A DNA stretch of 63,241 bases, the filler included, from Caldilineae bacterium (lineage in GTDB: Bacteria > Chloroflexota > Anaerolineae > DTLA01), in assembly GCA_037446815.1 (NCBI GenBank). It is 3 parts of 3 records of this genome, joined end to end, with 100 filler letters (N's around TTAATTAATTAA, not from the genome) between each part and the next. Parts side by side here need not be neighbours in the genome. Positions count along the whole stretch, not along the records: positions 1 to 21,812 come from JBBIHX010000039.1; positions 21,913 to 43,132 come from JBBIHX010000040.1; 1 more part is not named here. One strand, 5' to 3'. The position numbers and the translations under genes are program-made. Below are positions 12,822-21,987 of the stretch, piece after piece. The notes below the pieces were generated by a model that worked only from the letters and a program-made list of their open reading frames with translations, did not search any database and had not been told where the DNA came from. Numbering within the stretch: position 1 is the first letter of the stretch; the number at the start of each line of letters is the position of its first letter.

Positions 12822-13034
12822 ATTTCCCCAAGGGCGACTGCGGCGCGCGGTAGGCAGGCATGCCCTGCGCCCGAACGCGTCGGGAGGCCCGCCCCTATTC
12901 TATCGCCTCGCCCCTCCCAGTCAAAAAGGTTTGTTTCACCGCGGAGACGGGGAGCACGCAGAGAAAATCAAGATTCCTCTGCGCTCTCCGCGCTCTCCGC
13001 GGTGAGTTTCATCGCACCGCACAGCGATCGCGAC

Positions 13035-13185
13035 GACTCGGTTCCAAACTGTGTTGGTCTGTCCCGCGCACTGCCTCCCCACTCTGTCATGCTGAGCCGA
13101 AGGCGAAGCATCTCGGTCAGCGAGATTCTTCGCGGCTTCGCCGCTCAGAATGACGGTAGAGGCCAACAAACTTTGGAACCGTCTC
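13035..13185 (-). mobile_element. MITE-like element, cargo type B
   Basis: GACTCGGTTCCAAACTGTGTTGG...CCAACAAACTTTGGAACCGTCTC. Perfect 8-bp direct repeat ATCGCGAC (13027-13034, 13186-13193). Confidence 0.85.
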
Positions 13186-13200
13186 ATCGCGACGCGAAAA

Positions 13201-13229
13201 TTGACATCCGCCGCCATCGGTGGCATCCT
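13201..13229 (+). promoter_or_regulatory. sigma70-type promoter
   Basis: TTGACA (13201)-17-CATCCT (13224) with an extended TG. Confidence 0.6.
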
Positions 13230-13262
13230 ATCGGCTTGCGAATCCTGATGTGGAGGCATTCT

Positions 13263-14105
13263 ATGGCGCACCGTGGAACCCTCATGGCCATCTACGCGCA
13301 TCCGGACGACGAGTCGTTCGGCACGGGGGGCACGCTGGCCCTCTACGCCGAGCGGGGCTACCGCGTGGTTCTGGTAACCGCCACCAAGGGCGAGGCCGGC
13401 GAGATTCAGGACCCGACTATGCACACCGACGAGCCGATTGCCGAAATCCGCCAGCGGGAACTCAAATGCGCGTGCGAGATTCTCGGGATTGAGGGGCCGC
13501 ACTACCTGGGCTACCGCGATTCGGGCATGGCGGGCACGCCCGACAACGACCACCCCGACGCCTTTCTCCAAGCCGACTTGGACGAAGCCACGGGCCGCGT
13601 GGTAGAAGCCATCCGAATCTACAAGCCCGACGTAATCCTCACCTTTGAGCCAGGCGGCGGCTACGGCCATCCCGACCACGTGAAGGCTTGCGAGGTCGCT
13701 ACCCGCGCGTTCCACCTGGCGGGCGACCCGTCGCGCTACCCCGACCAGGACCTGCCGCCGTGGCAGCCGAGGAAGTTGTACTACACCGCCCTGCCGCGCC
13801 GCCTGTTCCGCGCCATGGCCCAACGCATGCGCGAGGCGGGCGTGGATCCGGCGCAGCGCGGCTACAACTACGAAGAGCGCGGCATGCCCGACGAGGTCAT
13901 CACCACCGAGATTGACGTGAGTAGTGTGGTGGACAAGAAGGTCAAGGCGTTTCTGTGCCACCGCAGCCAGATTTCGCCCAACGGCATCATCGCCCAACTG
14001 CCCACCGAGGCGATGCAGGAGTTCATGAAGACCGAGTACTTCTGGCGCGTCGTGCCCGAAACGCCGACAGAAGGGATTGAGCGGGACTTGTTTGCGGGCC
14101 TCTAG
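13263..14105 (+). CDS. PIG-L family deacetylase (MshB/Mca-like)
   Basis: AHPDDES, T.GEAG, YRDSGMAG, GGYGHPDH, H.SQ. Confidence 0.88.
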   Translation: MAHRGTLMAIYAHPDDESFGTGGTLALYAERGYRVVLVTATKGEAGEIQDPTMHTDEPIAEIRQRELKCACEILGIEGPHYLGYRDSGMAGTPDNDHPDAFLQADLDEATGRVVEAIRIYKPDVILTFEPGGGYGHPDHVKACEVATRAFHLAGDPSRYPDQDLPPWQPRKLYYTALPRRLFRAMAQRMREAGVDPAQRGYNYEERGMPDEVITTEIDVSSVVDKKVKAFLCHRSQISPNGIIAQLPTEAMQEFMKTEYFWRVVPETPTEGIERDLFAGL

Positions 14106-14713
14106 GAGAAGGCGGCCAGGATTTGCTGCACCTCCGCGATGGCCTGCTCGCGGCTCCGAAACTGCACCCCGTGCATCCCCAGCGCGCGGGCAGCCTCCAC
14201 GTTGACGACCATATCGTCCACGAATACCGCATGGGGCGGCTCTACGGCCAACCGCCCCAGAGCGATGCGGTAGATGGCGGCATCGGGCTTCGCCACGCCC
14301 TCCTCCGCCGAGATAATCATCTCGTCCACGGCGTCGGCCAGCCCCCACCGCTCCGTCAGCGCCCTGCGCGCGCCGGGCCAGGCGTTGCTCAGGATGGCGG
14401 TCTTGTAGCGAGGCCGCAGGTCCCTGAGAAAGTTGGCCAATTCCGCATCGGCGCGGTCGCCCGACCAGAAGTCGCGGCGCAGTTGCCGCAGCATCTCGCC
14501 GTCCAGGCCGAACCGCTCGGCCACGTGCGCCCACACGTCCTCGTCGGTGGCCTGGCCCACCGTCGCCCGCTGCGACACAGGCGAGTTGAACACGATGTCC
14601 GCCAGTTCTCCCTCGGCCAGCCCGAGGCGCTGCTCCCATTTCCTGCGCCCGCTCTCGTTCTCCGAACGCAGGAGCACGCCCCCCATATCAAAGATGACGG
14701 CTTGGATGCTCAC
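14102..14713 (-). CDS. HAD-superfamily phosphatase
   Basis: VIFDMGGVL, ILSN, KPD..IY, FVDD. GTG start with TTGACA-17-TATCAT upstream (14769-14741). Confidence 0.88.
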   Translation of the reverse strand: MSIQAVIFDMGGVLLRSENESGRRKWEQRLGLAEGELADIVFNSPVSQRATVGQATDEDVWAHVAERFGLDGEMLRQLRRDFWSGDRADAELANFLRDLRPRYKTAILSNAWPGARRALTERWGLADAVDEMIISAEEGVAKPDAAIYRIALGRLAVEPPHAVFVDDMVVNVEAARALGMHGVQFRSREQAIAEVQQILAAFS

Positions 14714-14965
14714 GTTCCCCCCACGGCGTGGATTTGCCCCATGATAGGCGGGATGGGCGCGCCTGTCAACATGATGCAGATGCGGATGAGGAGAGACCTG
14801 ACCCCCTCGTTCCTCCGAAAGCCAGGGGTGAGGGCGTCGCTCCCTCGCCCACTGGGAGAGGGCTGGGGTGAGGGCGTCGCCAGCGCCCTCGCAATGGCGG
14901 TTACCCCCAGACCTTGGAACCGCGTCCAGACCCGCCATCCCGACACGCGCAGCGCCCGCAGAATC

Positions 14966-15715
14966 TCACCCCTCGCCCAAGCCCTCTGCCGGCGGGCCAG
15001 GGAATCGCGGCGCCGCGATGAACACCTCGCCGAACAGCGTCTCCTGGTACGCCTCCACCAGTTGCCGCTTGATCATCTCCAGGACGGCCAGGAAGGTTAC
15101 GATAATCTCCATGCGGCTGCGCGCCCGCCGCACCAAGTCCCGAAAAGCCACCCGACCGCGCCGCGCCAATCGCTCCTGGATGTACGCGATCTTCTCGTCC
15201 ACCGTGATGATGAGCGGGGCGACCACATTGTTCACGGGCGGAGCGGGCGGGGCGATGGCAAGCGCCTCGCGCACCGCCTCCACCAGCGCCTCCAACGTAA
15301 CGCCCTCCAAATCCAGCGTCCGGGGCAGGTCCACCGGCGACGCCACGCGCACGAAGGCGCGGCTTCCCTGTTCCTCCAGCGCCCGCAGGTACTCGGCGGC
15401 GCGCTTGAATTGCCTGTACAGCAGCAACTGGCGCACTAGGTCATCGCCCGCGTCCTCTTCCTCCTCGTCCGCCGGAATCCCCTGGGGCAGCAGTACCGCT
15501 GACTTTATGTAAATCAACTTGGCCGCCACCACCAGGAAATCGGCCAGATGGTCCGGGTTGATGGCCTCGGCGTGGGCAATGTAGTCCAGATACTGCTGGG
15601 TAACCTGCGCGAGGGACACCTTGGTGATGTCCAGTTGTTGCTCTTCTATCAGGTGCAGCAAGAGGTCCAGCGGCCCCTCAAAGACGGGCAGTTGAACCTG
15701 GTAACCGTCCGACAT
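14966..15715 (-). CDS. scpA: Segregation and condensation protein A
   Basis: FEGPLDLLLHLI, FLVVAAKLIYIKS..LLP, IVTFLAVLE, Q...FGEV. Confidence 0.93.
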   Translation of the reverse strand: MSDGYQVQLPVFEGPLDLLLHLIEEQQLDITKVSLAQVTQQYLDYIAHAEAINPDHLADFLVVAAKLIYIKSAVLLPQGIPADEEEEDAGDDLVRQLLLYRQFKRAAEYLRALEEQGSRAFVRVASPVDLPRTLDLEGVTLEALVEAVREALAIAPPAPPVNNVVAPLIITVDEKIAYIQERLARRGRVAFRDLVRRARSRMEIIVTFLAVLEMIKRQLVEAYQETLFGEVFIAAPRFPGPPAEGLGEG

Positions 15716-15790
15716 GGAGCGCTCCTTGTCAGGAGATGACACCTGTATTATACTGACTTCCGTCGGGAACGCACAATGAACCGATAGCGG

Positions 15791-15940
15791 GAGTCGGTTT
15801 CATCTTGTGTTGGTGAACCGTAGGCGCACTCTGATCGTGTGTCATTGCGAGCGAAGCGAAGCAATCCCACGCCCCGGAGATTGCTTCGGGCACTGCGTGC
15901 CCTCGCAATGACAGCGACCAACAAACTTTGGGACCGACTC
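15791..15940 (-). mobile_element. MITE-like element, cargo type A
   Basis: GAGTCGGTTTCATCTTGTGTTGG...CCAACAAACTTTGGGACCGACTC. Flanks GATAGCGG and AATAGCGG match 7/8. Confidence 0.85.
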
Positions 15941-16024
15941 AATAGCGGCCGACACGGATATATGCAGTTGGAGGCTCGCCTTCGCCGTTGGTGAGCCTGA
16001 GGCCATGATGAAAGGAGCCCCGCA

Positions 16025-16525
16025 ATGAGCGAGGAGATTCAGCAGCCCACGGTGGCGCAGCAGCCCCCGCCCGTGTCTTCCGACGACGAGCGCGCATGGG
16101 CCGCCATCGCCCACGCCAGCGCCCTTGTTACCGTCCTGTTTGGCGTCCTGACCGGCGGAGCGCTGTGCCTGGTCGGCCCCGTCGTCCCGCTGGTCATCTG
16201 GTTGGTGTTCCGCGAGCGGTCGCCGTTCGTCGCGCGCCATGCCCTTCAGGCAACCATCTTCCAGGCGTTAGTGGTTGTGCTCACCGCCGTCTTCGGCGTC
16301 CTCGGCCTCGTCCTGGTTACGGCGGCGTGGATGGGCACTGCCGCGCTGATGGCCGCCGTGGTGGGCATCTGCCTCATCCCCGTCGCGCTCGTGCTGACCC
16401 TGGTGTGGGTCGTTTGCACGCTGGGCCTGCCCGTGGCGGCGCTGGTGTACGCCTGCTACGGCGCCTACGAAGTCGTACAGGGGCGAGACTTCCGCTACTG
16501 GCTGGTGGCCAACTGGGTGGACTGA
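16025..16525 (+). CDS. DUF4870-like membrane protein
   Basis: DERAWAAIAH, RERSPFVARHALQA, GRDFRY and three hydrophobic segments. Confidence 0.8.
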   Translation: MSEEIQQPTVAQQPPPVSSDDERAWAAIAHASALVTVLFGVLTGGALCLVGPVVPLVIWLVFRERSPFVARHALQATIFQALVVVLTAVFGVLGLVLVTAAWMGTAALMAAVVGICLIPVALVLTLVWVVCTLGLPVAALVYACYGAYEVVQGRDFRYWLVANWVD

Positions 16526-16741
16526 CACCCGCGCGCCATCCCGTCATTCTGACGCGCGAAGCGCCGAAGAGTCTCGCCCTCCCATCTGCGCCATCCGCGG
16601 ATGCAACCCCCGCCCGACATTGCCATGGCGGACAACGTGTGACGCACCTCGGAGGTGCGTTGCACGGAACCCTCACCGCGAGGGGCTAGCCCCCGTGCAT
16701 GGCCCATTTGCCCCTCTGCGGCGTGGATGACCGCGGCTCGC

Positions 16742-16917
16742 GACTCGGCTCCATCTTGTGTCGGCCTGTCCCACCCACCGCCTCCCCTCCCTTCGTCATG
16801 CTGAGCCGAAGGCGATACGCCCTCGCCCTTTGGGAGAGGGCTGGGGTGAGGGGCGAGATTCTTCGCGGCTTCGCCGCTCAGAATGACAGTGGACGCCAAC
16901 AGACTCTGGAACGACCA
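16742..16917 (-). mobile_element. MITE-like element, cargo type B with an extra GGGAGAGGG palindrome
   Basis: GACTCGGCTCCATCTTGTG...CCAACAGACTCTGGAACGACCA. Perfect 8-bp direct repeat CGGCTCGC (16734-16741, 16918-16925). Confidence 0.8.
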
Positions 16918-16932
16918 CGGCTCGCCCGCAAA

Positions 16933-16960
16933 TTGCAATATCCGCCTCCTGTGCTATAAT
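16933..16960 (+). promoter_or_regulatory. sigma70 promoter of mreBC
   Basis: TTGCAA (16933)-16-TATAAT (16955) with an extended TG. Confidence 0.7.
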
Positions 16961-17000
16961 GGGCGCGGCTCCAAGCCACACCACGCACGAGGAGATGTTC

Positions 17001-18062
17001 ATGTTCAACCCAATCGCCGCCTTCCTGGGGCTCTTCTCCCTGGATATTAGCATTGACCTGGGGACGGCCAACACGCTCGTCTATGTCCGAGGCAAGGGCA
17101 TCATCATCAACGAGCCGTCCTGGGTGGCCGTGGACAAGCGGACAAAACGGGTTCTCGCCATCGGCAGCCAGGCCAAAGACATGGTCGGGCGCACTCCCGC
17201 CAACATCGTCGCCATTCGCCCCCTGCGGGATGGCGTCATCTCCGATTTCGTCGTTACCGAGCGCATGCTCCACTACTTCATCCGCAAGGCGCATGAGAAG
17301 ATGATCTTCAGTGTGCCTCGTCCGCGGGTAGTTGTGGGGATTCCCAGCGGCGTTACGGAGGTGGAAAAGCGGGCCGTGTCCGACGCGTGCCTGAGCGCGG
17401 GTGCGCGGGAAGCCTTCCTGATTGAGGAGCCCAAGGCAGCGGCCATCGGCGCGGGATTGCCCATCACCGAATCCGTCGGCAGCATGATTGTGGATATCGG
17501 CGGCGGCACCACCGAGGTTGCCGTCATGTCGCTGGGCGGCGTGGTGGTGAGCCGCTCCATCCGCATCGCCGGCGACGAGATGGACGAGGACATCATCAAC
17601 TACGCGCGGCAGAAGTACAATCTCCTCATCGGCGAGCGCATGGCCGAGCGGGTGAAGATCGCCATCGGGTCCGCGTACCCGATGCCCGAAGAGAAAACCA
17701 TGACCCTGCGGGGCCGCAATCTGGTTACCGGCTTGCCCGAGGAGGTGGAGGTCTCCAGCATTGAGATTCGCGAGGCCCTCGCGGGTTCCGTCGCCACCAT
17801 CGTGAACACTGTGAAAGAGGCGCTGGACGACACGCCGCCGGAGTTGGTGGCCGACTTGATGGAAAACGGCATCGCCCTGGCCGGGGGCGGCGCGCTGCTG
17901 CAAGGCATCGCCACGCGCCTGAGCGAGGAGACCCACATGCGCGTGTACGTGGCCGAGAACCCCATGGCGTGCGTGGCGTTGGGGGCCGGCAAGGTGCTGG
18001 AGGATTTGGACACCCTGGGCAAGGTCCTGGCCGACAGCCGCCGCAGGCCGAGGAGAGGATAG
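17001..18062 (+). CDS. mreB: Rod shape-determining protein MreB
   Basis: IDLGTANTLVY, IRPLRDGVISDF, VDIGGGTTEVAV, GGGALL. Confidence 0.96.
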   Translation: MFNPIAAFLGLFSLDISIDLGTANTLVYVRGKGIIINEPSWVAVDKRTKRVLAIGSQAKDMVGRTPANIVAIRPLRDGVISDFVVTERMLHYFIRKAHEKMIFSVPRPRVVVGIPSGVTEVEKRAVSDACLSAGAREAFLIEEPKAAAIGAGLPITESVGSMIVDIGGGTTEVAVMSLGGVVVSRSIRIAGDEMDEDIINYARQKYNLLIGERMAERVKIAIGSAYPMPEEKTMTLRGRNLVTGLPEEVEVSSIEIREALAGSVATIVNTVKEALDDTPPELVADLMENGIALAGGGALLQGIATRLSEETHMRVYVAENPMACVALGAGKVLEDLDTLGKVLADSRRRPRRG

Positions 18063-18202
18063 CGGTCGGCGGTCGGCGAGCGGCACCCGACCACTGGACG
18101 GTGTTGCCCTGGGCAGTCTGCCCAGAGCGAGCAGAATGAGCGGTCAACAGGCCGCCATTTGCTGAATGCTGACGGCCGGATGCTGACCGCTGGAGTAGCC
18201 CC

Positions 18203-19051
18203 ATGCGTTCGCGAACGGATACACCGAGCGCCCTCATCATCGCCATCGTCCTCCTCATCGTAGCCTTTCTGGTATCCCAGACGGGCCTGATTCGCCCTGT
18301 GCGCGACCTGGCGGCGACGCTCCTTGCGCCGGTGCAAGACCAATTCTCCCGCCTGAGCCGCACCGTCAGCGACTGGGTTCAGGGCGGGCGCGACCTGGTG
18401 GCCCTGCGCGAGGAGAACCGCGAACTGCGCGCCCAGGTGGACCGCCTGTCGGTGGAGTTGCTCCACCTGGAGGAGGCGAACAAAGAGATTGAGCACCTGC
18501 GGGCGCTGCTGGATTTCACCCGGACGTATCCGGCATATCAGTTCAAGGGCGCGGAGGTGGTGGGCCACGCGGTGGGGAGCGGCGCGTCCAACCTGTTCCC
18601 CGACCTAGTGCTGGACGTGGGAGCGAGCGACGGCATCCGCCGCAATATGCCGGTCGTAACCGAGCGCGGATTGGTGGGCCGCGTGCTGGAGGTGTACCCC
18701 AACGCCTGCCGTGTGTTGCTCATCGTGGACGCGCGCAGTTCGGTCAATGCCATGATTCAGCGCAACCGCGTTACCGGCCTGGTGGAGGGACGTCCGGGCG
18801 GCAAACTGGTGATGACGCGCATCCCCCACGACAGCAGCGTGGCCGAGGGCGACGTGGTCATCACGTCGGGGTTGGGCGGCATGTTCCCCAAGGCGCTCAT
18901 CATCGGCCAGGTGTCCAAGGTCATCCGCGACGAGGTGGGGCTGTACCAGGAGGCCGAGGTGCAGCCCACGGTGGACTTCGGCGGCCTGGAGCGGGCGCTG
19001 GTCATCACGAACTTCACCCCGGCCGCGGTGCCGGAGGAGGGGACGCAGTAG
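18203..19051 (+). CDS. mreC: Rod shape-determining protein MreC
   Basis: N-terminal TM plus coiled coil (LREENRELR), GLVGRV, GDVVITSGLGGMFPK. Confidence 0.92.
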   Translation: MRSRTDTPSALIIAIVLLIVAFLVSQTGLIRPVRDLAATLLAPVQDQFSRLSRTVSDWVQGGRDLVALREENRELRAQVDRLSVELLHLEEANKEIEHLRALLDFTRTYPAYQFKGAEVVGHAVGSGASNLFPDLVLDVGASDGIRRNMPVVTERGLVGRVLEVYPNACRVLLIVDARSSVNAMIQRNRVTGLVEGRPGGKLVMTRIPHDSSVAEGDVVITSGLGGMFPKALIIGQVSKVIRDEVGLYQEAEVQPTVDFGGLERALVITNFTPAAVPEEGTQ

Positions 19052-19410
19052 GCGCCGTGCCGCGCACCACCCGGCGCCCATTCCTCAGAACGCGCCCGAT
19101 GCTGAAGCGTCGGGCTGAGTGCACCAAGCCCCGCGGGCTGTCAGCCCCGAAGGGACCTTGCTCATGTAGCGCGGGGGTTTAGCCCCGTGCGGTCTCCCGC
19201 CTCCCGCGCGGGTTTCTTCGGCGCTTCGCCCCTGAATGACAGGCCCCGAACCAGGGATAACACGAATCTGCGCGAGTAACGAACGCAGAGCCTCCTGTGT
19301 CTCTCCGCGTCCTCTGGGGTGGATTTCCACCATCCTCTTGCCATCCGCGCCGAGCAATGATACTTTGTGGGCAAAAAGTATCATTACCGAGCGCGTGTGC
19401 TACCCAAGTA

Positions 19411-20571
19411 TCATTCCGCGTCGCCGGTGAGGATGTCCACAATCGCCTGGGCGACGAACTGGCGGTTGCGGGCGCGCCCCGGTGCCGCCACAAGCACGCC
19501 CTCCTCCACCAGGCGCATGACGGTCTGGTTCGCGGCGCGGTGCGTAACGCCGAGGATTTCCTGCACCTGCGGGACGGTTACCGTCGGCGCGACGAACAAC
19601 TCGTCCACCAGTTTCAGGAGGGAGGCGGCCGTGTACGGGCGCGCTTGCAGCCGCTCGCGCCACCGGCGCTGCAAGTCCTGGAGCCGCCGCGCCCGCGCGA
19701 TGGCATCCCGCGCTTGCTCCTCCACGCCGCGCAGGAAGAACAGCAGCCAATCCTCCCACGCGCTGCGCTGGCTCACGGCCAGGAGGAGATCGTAGTAATC
19801 CCCTCGGTGCTTCTCAAAGAAGGCGCTGAGGTAGAGCAAAGGCAGCGGGAGCAGGTTCCATTCCACCAGCAGAAGCGGGATGAGCAGCCGCCCGATGCGC
19901 CCGTTGCCGTCCAGGAACGGGTGGATGGTTTCAAACTGGTAGTGGATGTAGGCCAGGCGCACCAGCGGCGGGTTGCCGTCGTCGGCGTGCAAGTATGACT
20001 CCCAGTCCTCTAGCGCGGGGATCATCTGCGACACGGGCGGCGGGACGAAGTCGGCGGTCTCCACGGTGCAGCCGGGGCGGCCGATGTAGTTCTGCACGCG
20101 GCGGAACTCGCCGGGGGTCGCCGCGCCGCCGCGCACACCCTCCATCAGGTGCGCGTGCAGTTCGCGGATGAGGCGCAGGCCCACGGGCAACTCGCTCAGG
20201 CGCTGCAATCCGTGATTCATCGCGCGCACGTAGTTGACCACCTCGCGAGCGTCCGTGTCGCGGTTCTTGAGCGCGCCGGCCTCGTAAGCGTACACGTCGG
20301 CGATGTCGGCCTGGGTGCCCTCAATGCGCGAGGAGAGCACAGCCTCGCGGCGGGTGAACGGGCCGATGAGCAGGTGGGGATTGGGAATGGCGCGGCCCAG
20401 CCCGGCCAATTCGCCCAGGGCGCGGTCCGCGTCGGACAGGGCGCGCACCAAAGGCGCCCCAAGCGCGACTGCCGGCGGCAGCGGGTCCGGCACGAACGCC
20501 CAGTACGCGCGGTCGTCCTGTTCCAGTTTGAGCAAGCGCCCCGATGGGTTGGGAAAATCCGATGGGTTCAT
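19411..20571 (-). CDS. Fic family protein with a C-terminal HTH
   Basis: Intact HPFLDGNGRIGR motif and N-terminal SSRIEG inhibitory-type motif. Confidence 0.9.
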   Translation of the reverse strand: MNPSDFPNPSGRLLKLEQDDRAYWAFVPDPLPPAVALGAPLVRALSDADRALGELAGLGRAIPNPHLLIGPFTRREAVLSSRIEGTQADIADVYAYEAGALKNRDTDAREVVNYVRAMNHGLQRLSELPVGLRLIRELHAHLMEGVRGGAATPGEFRRVQNYIGRPGCTVETADFVPPPVSQMIPALEDWESYLHADDGNPPLVRLAYIHYQFETIHPFLDGNGRIGRLLIPLLLVEWNLLPLPLLYLSAFFEKHRGDYYDLLLAVSQRSAWEDWLLFFLRGVEEQARDAIARARRLQDLQRRWRERLQARPYTAASLLKLVDELFVAPTVTVPQVQEILGVTHRAANQTVMRLVEEGVLVAAPGRARNRQFVAQAIVDILTGDAE

Positions 20572-20862
20572 GCGCGCCTCCTGCCAAAGTGCTCGGCTGC
20601 GCGCATTGTACACGACGCGGCGGCCAGGTGCAAGCGTCCTGCCCTCGGGCACGCGCGATGCCTCTCCGAGGCGCGTCGCACGTTGCGCCCCGCCTGTCAT
20701 GGCGAGCGGAGCGAAACCATTGAGGGCAGAGGAGTCTTCACTGCCCCTGTACGGGCGACCGTCCGGCCGCCCGTACAGGGGTGCATTTGCGAACACGTCG
20801 CGCCGGACGCTCCCCGCGGGCCCCGTGGCGCAGAAAAGCCCAACACCCGCGGCGACGTCCCG

Positions 20863-21570
20863 CTAGAACGCGTTGTCGGGCTTCCAGACCTTCCACACCT
20901 TGCCCGCCAGATCGGGGCTCGGCTTCAGCGTGGGCTTGCCGGGCTGCCAGCCGGACGGAGTGGCCTCGCCCGTGGCGCGCACGTGCTGGAACGCCTTGAG
21001 TTGGCGGATGAGTTCGGACACGTTGCGGCCCACAGGCGGGGTGAGCACCTCCATCGCCTGAATCACCCCGTCGGGGTCAATGAGGAAGCGACCGCGGATG
21101 TCCACGCCGGCCTCCTCGTCGTACACGCCGTACACGGTTCCAACCCGACCACCCTGGTCCGACAGCATGGGGTAGGGGATGCCCCCGGGCACCATCTTGG
21201 AGAGTTCTTCTTCGTGCCAAATCTTGTGGGTGAAGCGGCTATCGGTGCTAACGGACAGCACCTCGGCGCCCAGCGCCTTGATCTCGGGATACTTGACGGC
21301 GACCGCCGACAGTTCGGTCGGTCAAACGAAGGTGAAATCGCCCGGGTAGAAACACAGGATGACCCACTTGCCTTTGTAGTCGGAGAGTCTGACGTTCTTG
21401 AACCCGCCGTCTACGAACGCGGGCAACTCAAAATCGGGTGCAGGTTTGCCAACTCTTGCCAACACTTTCGCAACCTCCTTGACCGTTGTGGGCGCCGAAG
21501 CGGGAGCCGCCTCCGGCGCGAGGATGGGGCCCTTCGCGGGCTTTACGCATTGATCTTTCGCCTCTGGCAT
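20863..21570 (-). CDS. prxU: Selenocysteine-containing peroxiredoxin (PrxU/AhpC family), UGA at 21322-21324 read as Sec
   Basis: Two in-frame ORFs join as [21 protein letters not shown], with the UGA at the peroxidatic Cys position. SECIS-like hairpin follows. RBS AAAGGAGG. Confidence 0.9.
21294..21311 (-). promoter_or_regulatory. Candidate bacterial SECIS hairpin
   Basis: UGUCGGC-GGUC-GCCGUCA. The G-starting apical loop begins 18 nt after the UGA. Confidence 0.55.
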
Positions 21571-21636
21571 CGGATACCTCCTTTCGTGGGGTGGATTCGG
21601 GACACGTCCACGTGCCCCGCCGAAACTCACACCCAT

Positions 21637-21665
21637 ATTATACCATAGAGGTGTCAATTTGTCCA
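21637..21665 (-). promoter_or_regulatory. sigma70 promoter of prxU
   Basis: TGGACA-17-TATAAT with an extended TG. Confidence 0.55.
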
Positions 21666-21812
21666 GTATTTCCTATAAATTTTAATGTTCAACTTCGCGC
21701 ACGCGGTGCGGTCCCGCTCCCTGAAACTGCAAAGTGAGTGCTATTCGTGCAGATTCGTGTTATTCGTGGATACAACCCTCGGGTCGGTTCCAAACTGTGT
21801 TGGTGAAACGCA

Positions 21813-21912
21813 NNNNNNNNNNNNNNNNNNNNNNNNNNNNNNNNNNNNNNNNNNNNTTAATTAATTAANNNNNNNNNNNNNNNNNNNNNNNNNNNNNNNN
21901 NNNNNNNNNNNN
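21813..21912. other. Artificial contig-join spacer
   Basis: N run containing TTAATTAATTAA (stops in all six frames). Confidence 0.95.
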
Positions 21913-21987
21913 CGCCCCCTCGCAACGACGGTTACCAACCGGCCTCGGAACCGAATCCTTGCAAAGGCCCCGCCGCTGGCCGTCCTC

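Noticed and set aside
12822..12960. LexA box upstream of dinB
   Set aside because: No convincing GAAC-N4-GTTC site found.
12804..13262. N-terminal ORF extensions and small ORFs translating repeats (for example VMLSRRRSISVSEILRGFAAQND, also near 54851, 55003 and 62843)
   Set aside because: They are translations of MITE or REP sequence. Real starts lie downstream of clear promoters and RBSs.
19085..19384. Possible ncRNA or small ORFs downstream of mreC
   Set aside because: No tRNA, SRP or riboswitch signature recognised. It is a mosaic of REP-like modules.
20863..21570. Peroxiredoxin as a pseudogene
   Set aside because: The only interruption is an in-frame TGA exactly at the catalytic Cys position, followed by a SECIS-like hairpin.
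21813..21912. TTAATTAATTAA inside N runs (also 43133-43232)
   Set aside because: Artificial six-frame-stop contig linker. Adjacency across it is not biological.
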